This document shows positions 24,229-37,508 of a stretch of 64,000 nt of DNA, in pieces. Each line of letters starts with the position of its first letter. The stretch's first letter is position 1. The stretch covers positions 6,758,001 through 6,822,000 of the forward strand of contig NC_086097.1 in assembly GCF_963921235.1 (NCBI RefSeq). Reading direction: 5' to 3'. Both the position numbers and the translations under genes were made by a program. Below the pieces are notes generated by a model that saw only the letters and a list, made by a program, of their open reading frames with translations, was not told where the DNA came from and did not search any database. This DNA is from Mobula hypostoma. Lineage: Eukaryota.

Positions 24229-24969
24229 GAGGACTGAGGACTGAGGCCTAGTCCTAGCCTCAACTGAGGTGATACTGCTGCCTCACCGCCAAGCAAGGAA
24301 AGCAAGCCTGTGGCAATCAATGTCCAACAGGCGCATGTGATTGCAAAAGAAACATTCAAGACAATGACTCATGGTTTCACTGCACGCTACCTTGCACCAA
24401 CTGGAAGGCACCATCTTCTAACTTGATACAAACATGCACTTTATCGTTTACCTGCACTGCACTTTTTTCAGTGGTCTTTACATTTCGTTCTGCATTGTTA
24501 CTGTTTTACCTCAATGCACAATGTAAGGAGCTGATCTGTTTGTAAGATAAGCTTTTCACTGTATCTTGGTACATGTGACAGTAATAAACCAATTCCATTA
24601 CCTTTTGTGATTTTACCTTCAACTAAGTTACAAACACACTGCACCATCCCTGATCCACTGGTCCCTGTCCCCTATTTAATCTCAATCTATTGTCTTGTTC
24701 CACTGCACAAGCAAACCTGCCTGTGTTGGCCTATTCAGTTTTACCTGACTCTGCCTCTACATTGAGCAACTTCTCATCAGCCCGTGAAGGCATCAGAGAT
24801 TCAGTATCTGAGTATTAGCACAAGATCTATTCACCATGTCCTCAACCAAAGAGCTTTAATTCCTAACATTTCCATTGAAAGTCTTTTAAAAAACATTCTT
24901 TAAAACTTTTTTATCAACCAAGTCTTTAGTCATCCATTTCAATGCTTCCTTCCATGGCTCAGTTCACGT

Positions 24970-25365
24970 ATTTGGGGTGATCTCATTGAAAGCGATCGAA
25001 TGTTGAAAGATCTTGATTGAATGGATGTGGAGAGGATGTTTCCTCTGGTGGGGGAGGCTAGGACTTGAGTACACAGCCTCAGAACAGAGGGACATCCATT
25101 TAGAACTGAGTTGAGGAAGAATTTCTTCCACCAGAGAGTGGTGAATTTGTGGAATTTGTTGCCACAGGAGGCTTTGGAGGTCATGTCATTGGGTATATTT
25201 AAGGCAGAGGTTGACAAGACCTTCATTAGTCAGGGCATCAAGGGATATGCAGAGAAGGCAAGAGATTGGGGCTGAGAGGGAAATGGATCAGCCATGATGA
25301 AATGATGGAGTTGACTTGGTGGGCCAAATGGCCTAATTCTGCTCCTATATCTTATTGTTTTTATG
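24970..25365 (+). mobile_element. CR1 3' fragment
   Basis: GDLIE...NFFHQRVVNLWNLLP and a 3' stem gggccaaatggcctaattctgc. Confidence 0.85.
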
Positions 25366-25796
25366 CTCTTACTTTTCACCAATTGGGCCACGATAGGTTA
25401 CTGTCCTATGTTGCAGATATTTTGGAAATAGAGTCATAGAACACTAAACAGAAACAGAAACAGGCCTTTTGGCCCATCTAGTCTGTACTGAACTTTCAAT
25501 CTGCCTGGTCCCATTGACCTGCAGCCAGGCCGTAGCCCTCTATAACCTTTTCATTCATGTACCTATCCAAACTTCTCTTAAATGTTAAAATTGAATCTGC
25601 ATCCACCACTTCTTCTTCACTCTCACCATTCTCTGAATGAATGAAAAAGTTTCCCATCACCTTTCACCCCTAACCCATGACCTCTAGTTCTAGTCTCACC
25701 CATCTTCAGTGGAAAAGCCTGTTTGAATTTACCCTATCTACTGTAAACCTCTCATCATTTTGTATACCTCTGTTAAGATTCCCCTTAAGTCTTCCA

Positions 25797-26153
25797 CGCT
25801 AGATGCGGGAAGATTGTTCCCGATGTTGGGGAAGTCCAGAACGAGGGGTCACAGTTTGAGGATAGAGGGGAAGCCTTTTAGGACCGAGATTAGGAAAAAC
25901 TTCTTCACACAGAGAGTGGTGAATCTGTGGAATTCTCTACCACAGCAAACTGTTGAGGCCAGTTCATTGGCTATGTTTAAGAGGGAGTTAGATATGGCCC
26001 TTGTGGCTACGGGGGTCAGGGGGTATGGAGGGAAGGCTGGTACAGGGTTCTGAGTTGGATGATCAGCCATGATCATAATAAATGGCGGTGCAGGCTCGAA
26101 GGGCCGAATGGCCTACTCCTGCACCTATTTTCTATGTTTTTATGTTTCTATGT
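25797..26153 (+). mobile_element. Young CR1 3' fragment inserted in an older minus-strand CR1 (about 25435-26170)
   Basis: Nearly identical to 54040-54392; (tttctatg)n tail. Confidence 0.9.
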
Positions 26154-26555
26154 TCTGGGGAACAGAGTCCATTATCTTTGTAATATAATTTTCAGTGCAT
26201 GACACCTTATCTTACTGCCTTTTGTTCATCGGCCATCAATCTGTTTATTTCTCCATTCTGCTCCTGCTGATTGTCCAGCTGCCTCGTTATTTTCCAGGCC
26301 TACAGGAGTGAGATAGATCAGCTGGTTGAGTGGCGTTGCAACGATAAACTTACACTCAACTATGACCAAGGAGTTGATTATGGACTTCAGGAAGAGAAAG
26401 TCGAGGGAACAGACACCAATTCTCATTGAGGGGTCAGCAGTGGAAAACATGGTCAGTTTCAAGTTCCTGGGTGTCATCATCCTTGAAGATCTATCCCACA
26501 TCCAACATATTGATGCAATTATAAAGAAGATATGGCACCATCTATATTTCATTTG

Positions 26556-27245
26556 GAAACATAGAAACAAAGAAACCTACAGCACGTCACAGGCTCTTCA
26601 GCCCATAATATTGTGCTGACCACGTAACCTAGTCTAAAAAGTGCCGAGAATTTCCCTACCGCATTACAATCTATTTTTCTAAGGTTAGAAGATCCTATTG
26701 TATCCGCCTCTACCACCTTCGCTGGCAGTGCATTCCACACACCCACCACTCTCTGTGTGAAAAATTTACCTCTGACATCCCCCCTTACCTACTTCCATGC
26801 ACCTTAAAACTATGCCCTCTCATGTTAGCCATTTCATCCCTGGGGAAAAGGTCTCTGGCTATCCACGCGATCAATGCCCCCTCATCATCTTATACACCTC
26901 AATCAGGTCACCTCTCATCCTCCATCGCTCCAAGGAGAAATGGCCAAGTTCACTCAACCTATTTTCATATGGCATGCTTTCCAATCCAGGCAACATCAGG
27001 ACGAAGGGTCTCGGCCCGAAACGTCGACTGTACCTCTTCCAATAGATGCTGCCTGGCCTGCTGCGTTCACCAGCAACTTTTATGTGTGTTGCTTGGAATT
27101 CTAGCATCTGCACATTTCCTCGTGTTAACATCCTTGTAAATCTCCTCTGCACTCTCTCTGTAGTATCCTTCCTGTAAAAAGGTGACCAGAATTGAACACA
27201 GTACTCCAAGAGGGCTCTAACCAAGGTCTTATATAGCTGTAACAT
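26556..27245 (-). mobile_element. CR1 3' fragment interrupted by a Penelope tail
   Basis: LYKTLVRALLEYCVQFWSP..., with the reversed tail at about 26556. Confidence 0.85.
26998..27126 (+). mobile_element. Penelope-like 3' terminal fragment with TSD
   Basis: Matches the 3' end of the 37372 element. Flanked by AACATC at 26992-26997 and 27127-27132. Confidence 0.85.
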
Positions 27246-29310
27246 TCAGAGTTTGAAGATATTTGATATGTCACAAAAGACAAAAAAAAAGTTGCAAATT
27301 TCTACTGATGTACCATGACAAGCATTCTAACTGGTTGCATCAGCATTTGGGATGGAGGGGCCACTGCACAGGATCAGAAAAGCTACAGAGGGTTCCAAGC
27401 TCACCAAGTTCCATCATGGCCTCGAGCCTCCCCAGCTAGTGATAGAGTGCAGAACAGGTCCTTCTAGCCCACCCAGCCCGCTCCACTTAGCAACCAACCT
27501 ATGTAACCCTAGTCTAAGCACAGGGCAATTAACCTGCTAACCGGTACATCTTTGGACTGTGGGAGGAAACCGAGTCACCTGGAAGAAACCCGCACACTCA
27601 GTGAAGAATGTTCATCTTTCTTACAGAGGATGCCGGAATTGAACTCTGAACTCCGGCGCCGCGAGCTGTAATGGTGTTACACTAAGCGCTGCATTACAGA
27701 GGCACCACAACACCTAAGACAGTCCGATGAGAAAGACAGCAAGGATTCCCATGCATTTGTTTCATGAGTCCCAGGATGGAAACTTCACAATTCCAGAATC
27801 ATGTTCAGGAGGATAATCAGGAGTTCTCTCTGGATGTCCAACAAAATAAGTTTGCTGATAGCTGAGAAGACTTGGGTTATGAAGAGTAAGGCAAGCAGAC
27901 ATCTGCAGAATAATTTCACAGGTCCCCGTGCCTGTCCCAAGGCATCTCCTCCACGTCGTAGATTTTGAATGAGAATGGAAATAAAAATGAAAGCTAAAAA
28001 TCCCTGTTGCTGCATAACCTGAATATTGCTGTTTTAAAGTGTGTCATACATGATTAGAATTTTTGTCCCTAATGTTTGAAGATTCCAACTGGGACAAAAT
28101 TAGCAAACTACAGCATATCATATTCTTTTATCTGCTGTGTGCATGGAATATGCAACTTCAGCCTGAGTCCCAGGATATTATTCACTGAATACAGTAGTTA
28201 TCATGATTTTGAAAGTAGTGACCTCAATACCAAAGATACTTCACTAAGCAGAGCAACCTGGTGTTGCCTATTTCTAACATGGTTAAAGCTGACAGAGTAA
28301 TGAACCAAGGGATTTTGTGCTGTAACAGCCCTCATGTCTCTTTACTTGGCAATGCAGATTTTCACCTCGGTCTCCCTTTATAAATCAGAGAGGGAAAATG
28401 CGTGTTTCACCATTGCACTGACTGAAATTAACGTACCCCTGTTTCTTCCATGCTGTGATGGAATTAAGTATTAAGTGCCCAGTTGGATTACTGATGCAGT
28501 AATCAAAGATTTCAGTCTGCTGTTAACCCATACACATAAGCACTTGAGATAGTCAGCTAACTCTCTAAATCCTACAACAATTGCCAAAGACTCAAGCAAA
28601 TTCCTACGGATGTACCATGAGGAGCAGTCAAGCTGGTTGTATGATCACCTGGTTTGGAGGGGCCGCGTCACAGGATCAGAAAAAGCTGCAGAAGGTTGCA
28701 AACTCAGCCAGCTCCATCACAGGCACTAGCCTCCCCAGCATCCAGGTCACCTTCAAAAGGCGATGCAACATCAACCTTCAAGGACCTTTCACCACTTTCC
28801 CTCTAAATTGCACGTGTGCATGACCATGCACTAACTGAAAACGTCCCGCACGCATAACCATTATTATCGTGCAGCTAGAACACTCTTTTTTATCATGTTT
28901 TATTAAAATGAAACGCAGTTTTCAGGCCATGTAAAAATTTCCTACACAGAGCAATGGTTGAACTGCGCATCTGTTACAAAACTAGAGAGGAAGTTACCCA
29001 TCACCCTTGGCCCTCTTCTCTTTGCTTCCATCAAGGACAGAAATGATAAAGTAGTGGAAGTGGGGATTGTGGAGGGGTAGGTTAGTGGATGTAGGTGTCG
29101 ATCACCTTATTGTCTGGGAAAGTAACTGTTTTTGAGTCTGGTGGTTCTGTGTGGGTGCTACGTAGCCTCCTCCCTAATGGGAGTGGGACAAACCGTCCAT
29201 GAGCAGGATGGGTGGGATCCTTCATGATGTTACTAGACATTTCCAGCACCTTTATGTATATGTGTCCTTGGTGGTGGGTAGGCTGGGCAGTGATACATTG
29301 GGCAGTTTTG

Positions 29311-29835
29311 ATTAGATAGATAGATAGATAGATAGACCGACATACATACTTTATTGATCCCGTGGGAAATTGGGTTTCATTACAGCTGCACCAACCAACA
29401 ATAGAGCATAAATATAGCAATACAAAAACCACAAACAATCAAACAACAATATGCAAACTATGCCAGATGGAAATAAGTCCAGGACCAGCCAATCTGGCTC
29501 CTCCACAGGAGGAGCTGCAAAGTTCGATGGCCAGAGGCAGGAACAACCTCCCATGATGCCCAGTGTTGCATCTCAGTGGAATATGGCCGGAGTCCAACAG
29601 CAAAAAGTTCAATATCCGGGCTACAAACATGTTCCTCGATCGTAATATGACCAGGATTGCACTATCCATTGTTAACCAGAACAGCAAGCCCCCAATATCT
29701 TTTCGCTTACCGCTTTCAGTGCACTTCCGGTCAGCCCGAACGGTCTGGAAGCCCTCCATGGAAACATTTTGGTCGGGTATGTCCTCGTGCAGCCACGTTT
29801 CAGTAAAACACATAACATTGCTCTCTCGAAATGTA
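29311..29835 (-). mobile_element. Internally deleted Rex1/Babar-like LINE (EN fragment fused to the 3' end), copy 1
   Basis: CFTETWL...ADR..ESGK....GL..., then GLRPY joined to the C-terminal IPLRCNTG..GRLFLP.AI.L. (GATA)n tail at about 29313-29336. Confidence 0.8.
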
Positions 29836-31149
29836 GCACTATGGACTCACTTTCTTAATTGCTTATTTATTCATTAGTTTTATTTTTTTCATTTTGTATT
29901 TACACACCTTGTTGTCTTTTTTCACATTGGCTGTTTCTCTGATGACCTAACAAGAGTTAGGTGTATAAAGGGAGGACGGGAGGATGAATACACCTTGCTC
30001 TTGCTGAGTCATCAGAGAATTTCTGCAGATGACATGGCTCAGTGTTGTATCTGAAGTCCGAGGTATAAACAGGAAGGGAGCCAATACAGTCCCCTGTGGG
30101 GCCTCAGTGCAGCTTATAGCCATGTCTGACACACAGCTCTGAAGCTGCACAAAGTGTGGTCTGCCAGTCAGGCAGTTGTGTTTCTATGTATTTACTGTGA
30201 ATGCCTGCAAGACACAGAATCTCAGGGTTGTATATGGTAACATATATCTTTTTTTTTTAGTGGTAGTCCTTTGGATTTGAAGAAGACACATGAAACCTGT
30301 GTCTGATAGAGTTTTAAGTGGAACAGCCGCTGCACAGGGCAATCCCCCTCTCTCAGCAGAAGAGACCTCGATCCAGTGGCACGGACCACCGTTACAGCTG
30401 GAGACCTCTCCTGCTTCAGTGGATGACCAGGATGTCTAAGTGCCTTGTCGTGCTCCTAGCGCTCCACAAGGCCTGCTGGGCCTGCCTTCTTGACCGTTGG
30501 ACCATCAATCGGACTCCTCTGCTCAATCTGCCAGGGCCAGACTTCACACGCTGGGACAGACAGATCCCCTTCCTCACTGAGGGTCGAAAACCCGTCTGCT
30601 ACCCTCAACTGGTTTGGCCCGTCTGCCGAGATGGTTTACCGGGGTGTGGCCGCTGCGTGTGTTACATCTACTTGGAGCCACAGGTGAGAGCTGAGCGCCA
30701 GGTGGGGACCAAAGGTGGACGAGCTGTCCTGTAAAGGCCACGGCAGGCCTCCCCACAATCTATATTGAACTTTGAGCTTAAACTTTGAATATAACCTTTG
30801 GTTGAGCCTCAAACTCTTATAGGTAGAGAATCCCAGGATGCTGTTGCAATCCCACCCACTGGGCACATCCAGGCAGGAGTCAGCTTGACTTAGCTGAAGT
30901 TTTCAACATCATTAGCGCAAGGAAGAAAATCAACAAAGTGTCAGTGCTCTTTGCCAACAGAATGTGCAATGAACTACCTGTGTTTCGGAACTCCCAATTA
31001 AATGAGGAGTGAATGTTTCACAGCAGGTTGGCAAGAAGTTCTGAATCAGACGAAACCCACTTGGGTACTGACAGACTGCTGTGTGAAGCTGCCTGCATAT
31101 TTCGTACATTATCATGTGGCCTTATAGTGCTTATTGAAGCTATGAATAG

Positions 31150-31706
31150 TGTGGTCACTTTTTTAGGTACATTTGTAAACCTGCAGTTAATGCAAATATC
31201 TAATCAGCCAATCATGTGGCAGCAGCTCAATGCATAAAAGCCTGTAGACGTGGTCAAGGGGCTCAGTTGTTGTTAAGTCCAAACATTAGAACAGGGCAGA
31301 AATGTAATCTAAGTGTTTTGACTGTGGAATGCCTGTTGGTGCCAGATGGGGTGGTTTGAGTATCTTCCTGCTTGAGTAAAGTAAGCTGCTGATCTCCTGG
31401 GATTTGCACACCCAATAGTTTCTGGGGCTTACAGTAAATGGTGCAAAAACACAAAATACGTCCAGTGAGTGGCAGTTCCGTGGGCAAAAAATGCCTCGTT
31501 AATGAGAGAGCTCTGAGAAAAATGGCCAGGCTGGTTCAAGCTGACAGGAAGCTGATGGTAACTCAAATAACTATTCAGTGTTATACAGAAGAGCATCTCT
31601 GAATGCACATGTTGAAATCCGAAGTGAATGGAGTACAGGAGCAGAAGACCATGAACATACACTGAGTGGCCACTTTATTTGGTACAGGAAGTAGCCACTG
31701 AGAATA
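31150..31706 (+). mobile_element. Tc1-like transposon deletion derivative
   Basis: N-terminal transposase remnant (VGARWGGLSI...ADLLGF...MARLVQADRK.MVTQIT) with gtggccacttta-type TIRs. Confidence 0.75.
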
Positions 31707-32206
31707 TATATTGAGCTACATCTGCAGAATAATGTGGCTTGTGTCAACTGACTGCACAGAGCTTCAGAAACACAATTAGACTTATTATCACTGATTTATA
31801 TGACATGAAATATATTGTTTTGCAACAGTGGTACAGTGTAAAGATACTAAAGTTATATAACTTAACAAGTCAAGACTGCCCAACCCATCACCAGCACCAG
31901 CCTACCTGGAATTGAGGACATGTATACAGAAAGGTGACGGAAAAGGGCCAGTAATGTCATGAAGGATCCAACCACCCTGTTCCTGGACTCTTTGACCCAC
32001 CCCCATCAGGGATGAGGCTATGTAGCATCCATACCAGGACCACCAGACTCAAAACTCAACTATTTTCCCCAAACAGTAAGGCTGAGCAACACCTCCACCC
32101 ACTAACTCACCCCTCAAAACCCCCAATCACCACAGTTTTATCATTTCCTGTCTGAGTGACCTTATGTACAGACACTCCTGTGCTTAGGTTCTCTTTACGG
32201 ACATAC

Positions 32207-32651
32207 ATAGATAGACATAGAATTAGACATACTTTATTGATCCCGAGGGAAATTGAGTTTCATTACAGCTGCACCAACCAAGAATAGAGCATAAATATAG
32301 CAATACAAAAACGACAAACAATCAAACAACAAAATACAAACTATGCCAAATGGAAATAAGTCCAGGACCAGCCAATTGGTTCAGGGTGTCTGACACTCCA
32401 CGGGAGGAGCTGCAAAGTTCAATGGCCACAGGCAGGAATAACCTCCCATGACGCCCAGTGTTGTATCTCGGTGGAATATGGCTGGAGTCCAACAGCAAAA
32501 AGTTCAATATCTAGGCTACAAACACGTTCCTCAATCGTATTATGACCAGGATTGCACCATCCGTTGTTATCCAGAACAGCAGGCCCCCAACTCCTTTACA
32601 CTTACCGCTCTCATTGCACTTCCGGTCAGCCTGAACGGGCTGGAAGCCCTC
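32207..32651 (-). mobile_element. Internally deleted Rex1/Babar-like LINE, copy 2
   Basis: Colinear with 29311-29760, including the same deletion junction. Confidence 0.82.
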
Positions 32652-32724
32652 AATCAATCTATGTATATAAGATATCTTACCAATTTATATTTATTGTATT
32701 TTTTTTTTATTTTGTTCTTATCAT

Positions 32725-33112
32725 GGTGAGATGGAAACACGTCCCTGTCAAAGGAGGTATGAGGCACTTCTTCCCTCCACTAGCTTGCAGGTCATCCTTG
32801 GACAAGGTGTAACACCTGCTCATCCTCCTCCCCACCCCCCCCCGATCCCATCAGGGTCACGTGAAGCCATGGGAGCAGGTAGTGGATGGTCGCGTGAGCA
32901 ACTTGTGTATATCACAAGTCCTGGCTATGTTACCACTGACACCAGGCAAACTCTGAGGCATATTGATAATGGCTGGCATCACCAGTTTTCTAAAGACACT
33001 GCCCAGAAGAAGGCAATGGCAAACCACTTCTGTAGAAAAATTTGCCAAGTACAATCATAGTCATGGAAAGACCGTGATCGCCTAGGTCATATAACACGGC
33101 ACATATGATGTA
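32725..33112 (+). mobile_element. RTE-related SINE/non-autonomous element
   Basis: Contains gaaggcaatggcaaaccacttctgtag, resembling the BovB/Bov-A terminal motif, with a short tgatg tail. Confidence 0.5.
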
Positions 33113-35768
33113 TTGTTTATCTTATTGTGTGTGTGTTTTTTGTGCTGCATTGGAACCGGAGTCCAATTAATTCATTCTCCTTTACACTTGTGCATTGGAA
33201 ATGACATTAAACAATCTTGAGTCTTGAAAAATAAATAAATATTCCTAAAAAAAAAGGATTAACAAGGTAACGTTCATGGGTTCATGGACCATTCAGAAAT
33301 CTATTGGCAGAAGGGAAAAAGCTGCTTCTGAATTATTTAGTTTGAGTCTTCTGTACCTCCCTCCACCCCTCCCGGCAATGGTAGCATCTGCTGATGCCCT
33401 GAATGAGTATTGGTGTCTGTTTGAAGTTCACAGTCAGTTCCTTGGTCTCCCTGATGTTGAATGCAAGGATGCCTGTGGTTCCGCAACGCCAGCTGAGTCT
33501 GAAGGTCCAGATGTGGCTTGCCTGGTCTGGCTGTGTGTGTGTGTGAGTAGGTGGGTAGGTATATGGGAGGGAGGGAGGAAGGGAGCTACTTGTTGCTGTT
33601 TTGTTGAACATTTTGGACATGCTATGAAGTGTCGGAAAGCGTGGTGACACTGGCGGGCTGTCCCCAGCACATCCTTAGGTTATGATGGATGTGAACAAAA
33701 ATGATGCATTTCACTGCATACTCCTATGTCGAGGACAAGTAAATGAATCTGAATCTGAATCTGTGTAAGTTCAAAAGTTCAAAGCTCAAAATAAGTTTAT
33801 TATCAAAGTACATATATAGCCCTGAAATTCAGTTTCTTGCAGGCATACTCAATAAATCCATAACAGAGTAATAACCATAACATAATGAATGAAATACAGC
33901 ACCAACTTACGACTGCGTATGTTCTGGGTCCAATTCACTTATTGTCTTACCAGAGGTGACATTCTGCTGCTATAAGAAAAACTTCTTTAAGGCTGATACC
34001 AGCTCTGTGTAATCGCCAGTGACCTCAGCAAGCACTAGTTTTGGGAGCCATGCAGACACTGTTAAGTACAACAATTAAGTTTAAAAACCAAGGGTCCATA
34101 GTAGCATATGGGTTAGTGTGCTGCCATTACACCACGGGGTGTTCTAGAGTTTGGACGCTGTTTCTGACGCTGTTTGTAAGGAGTTTGTACGTTATCCCCA
34201 TAAAGTTCATGGGTTTGCTCCACGTGCTCCAGCTTCCTCCCACAGTCGAAAGATGGACTAATTGGGAGGTCAATTAGTCATTATAAATCATCCTGTAATC
34301 AGGCTAGGATTAAATTGGTGGGTTGCTGGGTGGTGTGGCACATTGTGCCAGATGAACCTGTTCAGCAGTGTATCTATGAATAAATAAATATTCAACGACA
34401 ATCACTCACAATTTGAGTGCATTTGTTGTGATGTCTTACAACTGTACATGCAATACCTACTCTGTGCCCCAAATCAAAGTGAACATCAGCCACACTGAAG
34501 AAAAAGATACATAAGAGCTATAGTTCACCTGAAGAATAAACAGACCAAGTATTACACATTCAGTCAATTTTAATTTCAACAACATGATATACTCCGTAGA
34601 AAATAAGTGAATTATCCCTTGAATCATGAAGCAGTTACAATGATGTGACTCTACAGTACATTTTTCCATGATTTTATTGGTGTGGATATCTGCAATGATT
34701 CATTTTAATCTGAAAATCAAAAATGCATGATGTATTCAGCCAGTCATGCAGTATCTGTCGGGAGAGAAAGCGATCACCAACCTCTGATGAGGATCAAATT
34801 AATCTTTGATCCCTGCTCATCATCAGAGTTCAAAGTCATTGATCTGAAACATTAACTCCAGAGCCCATTGAACATCATTTCATATTTCAGTTTGTCTGTT
34901 GATTCCTTATTGTGCAACATGGAGATCTTTAAGAAGTTTAGCCGTAGAAATATGCCAGATTGACAAGGCATTGAGGACAGCGTGTGATCAAAGCAAACGT
35001 AGTTCCTCAACAAAATTGTATCATTATACACACAGTGACCACTTTACCTCCTGTATTTAATAAAGTGGCCACTGAGTGTATGTTCATGGTCTTCTGCTGA
35101 TGGGGTCTCGTCACTTCAATGTTTAACATGTTGTGCACTCAGAGAAGATCTTCTGCACACCAGTGTTGTAACATGTGGTTATTTGAGTTACTATCATCTT
35201 CCTGTCACCTTGAACCAGCCTGACGATTCTTCTCTAACCTCTCTCAGTAACAAGGTGATTTTGCCCATAGAACAGCCACTCACTGAATGATTTTTATATT
35301 GTTTTTCACACCGTTGTCTGCAAATTCTAGAGACTGTTATGAGTAAAACTTCCAGAAGATCAGCAGTTTCTGAGATAATCAAACCACTTCATCTGGCACC
35401 AACAGTCATTCCATGTTCAAAATCATTTCAATCACCTTGACATTTGCTCTTGACCATATCTGCATCCTCTTTTTGTTCTTAAGCCCATCATTTCTACTGG
35501 GGCTTAGGTCACCGACAGCAGTTCGACATCGTCCTCTATAGTCAGTCTTCCAAGATGACCCCAGGTCTAGGCCATCCTTTTAGATCTTTTCTCTCCCAGG
35601 GATGAGGTCTTTGGAGCTTCTGCTGGCATTTCTGGAGCGCTGGGATTTTACAGGATGAGCTTGCTTGCCCCATGCCCACTCTTCTTCCTTTTGCAGCCAG
35701 AGGGACCATCCATGGTGGAGCTGCTTGCTACCTGCGTTGAATTGCTGCCATACGACTGGCTAATTAGA

Positions 35769-37226
35769 CAATAGGACACGGAACGACCACTCTCCACTGA
35801 ATATCGATGACTCCTCCGTAGAGATTGTGAAGAGCACCAAATTTCTTGGTGTTCCCCTGGTGGAGAATCTCACCTGGTCCCTCAACACCACCTCCATAGC
35901 AAAGAAAGCCCAGCAGCATCTCTACTTTCTGCGAAGGCTGAGAAAAGTCCATCTCCCACCCCCCATCCTCACCACATTCTGCAGAGGTTGTATTGAGAGC
36001 ATCCTGAGCAGCTGCATCACTGCCTGGTTCGGAAATTGCACCATCTCCGATCGCAAGGCCCTGCAGCGGATAGTGAGGTCAGCTGAGAAGATCATCGGGG
36101 TCTCTCTTCCCACCATTACAGACATTTACACCACACACTGCATCCATAAATCAAACAGCATTGTGAAGGACCCCACGCACCCCTCATACAAACTCTTCTC
36201 CCTCCTGCCATCTGGCAAAAGGCACCGAAGTATTCGGGCTCTCACGACCAGACTATGTAACGGTTTCTTCCCTCAAGTCATTAGACTCCTCAATACCCAG
36301 AGCCTGGACTGACACCACCCTACTGCCCTCTACTGTGCCTATTGTCTTGTTTATTATTTATTGTAATGCCTGAACTGTTTTGTGCACTTTATGCAGTCCT
36401 GGGTAGGTCTGTAGTCTAGTGTAGTTTTGTGTTGTTTTTTACGTAGTTCAGTGTAGTTTTTGTATTATTCATGTAGCGCCACAGTCCTGACAAATGTCGT
36501 CTCGTTTTTTCTGTGTGCTGTACCAGCAGTTATAGAAACATAGAAACATAGAAAATAGGTGCAGGAGTAGGCCATTCGGCCCTTCGAGCCTGCACTGCCA
36601 TTTATTATGATCATGGCTGATCATCCAACTCAGAACCCCGCCCCAGCCTTCCCTCCATACCCCCTGACCCCCGTAGCCACAAGGGCCATATCTAACTCCC
36701 TCTTAAACACAGCCAATGAACTGGCCTCAACTGTTTCCTGTGGCAGAGAATTCCACAGATTCACCACTCTCTGTGTGAAGTAGTTTTTCCTAATCTCGGA
36801 CCTAAAAGGCTTCCCCTTTATCCTCAAACTGTGACCCCTCGTTCTGGACTTCCCCAACATCGGGAACAATCTTCCTGCATCTAGCCTGTCCAATCCCTTT
36901 AGGATTTTATATGTTTCAATCAGATCCCCCCTCAATCTTCTAAATTCCAACGAGTACAAGCCCAGTTCATCCAGTCTTTCTTCATATGAAAGTCCTGCCA
37001 TCCCAGGAATCAATCTGGTGAACCTTCTTTGTACTCCCTCTATGGCAAGGATGTCTTTCCTCAGATTAGGGGACCAAAACTGCACACAATACTCCAGGTG
37101 TGGTCTCACCAAGGCCTTGTACAACTGCAGTAGTACCTCCCTGCTCCTGTACTCGAATCCTCTCGCTATAAATGCCAGCATACCATTCGTTATGGTCGAA
37201 ATGACAATAAAGAGTGACTTGACTTG
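35769..37226 (+). mobile_element. Rex1/Babar-like LINE, 5'-truncated
   Basis: Open frame 35827-36312 (KFLGV..NLTWS.NT..I.KKAQQ.LYFLRRL...[15 protein letters not shown]...LFSLLPSGKR). The 3'UTR is split by a CR1; (gactt)n tail. Confidence 0.85.
36534..37188 (-). mobile_element. Young CR1 3' fragment
   Basis: ORF 36630-37181 is almost identical to the C-terminus of 52733-54295. Flanked by GTTAT (36529-36533, 37189-37193). Confidence 0.93.
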
Positions 37227-37472
37227 TATTGCATTAATGCACAGGTGTACATAATAAAGTGGCCTCTGAGTGTATGTTTTTAAAGACTTATGTGTGAATC
37301 AGCAGCAGTTTTAAATCTGGACTTTGCAAATAATACTAAAATTTATACTAAAATGATACTAAAATAAGCTAAAAAAACAACAGGAATTCTGCAGATGCTG
37401 GAAATTCAAGCAACATACATCAAAGTTGCTGGTGAACGCAGCAGGCCAGGCAGCATCTATAGGAAGAGGCGC

Positions 37473-37508
37473 AGTTGACGTTTCAGGCCGAGACCCTTCG
37501 TCAGGACT
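37473..37508 (-). ncRNA. Minimal type I hammerhead ribozyme motif
   Basis: agtc-CTGACGA-a-gggtctcggcct-GAAAC-GTC-aact on the minus strand, in the PLE 3'UTR. Confidence 0.7.

Larger units (their letters stand above)
35029..37273 (-). mobile_element. Tc1-like deletion derivative carrying three nested insertions
   Basis: 35029-35465, about 35725-35768 and 37227-37273 rejoin to the reverse complement of 31150-31706. ORF remnant ISETADLL. Confidence 0.78.

Noticed and set aside
27770..28015. Coding-looking minus-strand stretch
   Set aside because: Only short frames with no recognisable homology or exon structure.
34779..34860. Hairpin with ctgatga and gaaac (snoRNA, miRNA or ribozyme candidate)
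   Set aside because: It looks like degraded inverted PLE-tail remnants, and the core spacing is broken.
35827..36312. Possible host gene (ALKBH8 N-terminal/DUF1891-like peptide)
   Set aside because: It is the multi-copy C-terminus of a LINE ORF2 with a LINE tail.
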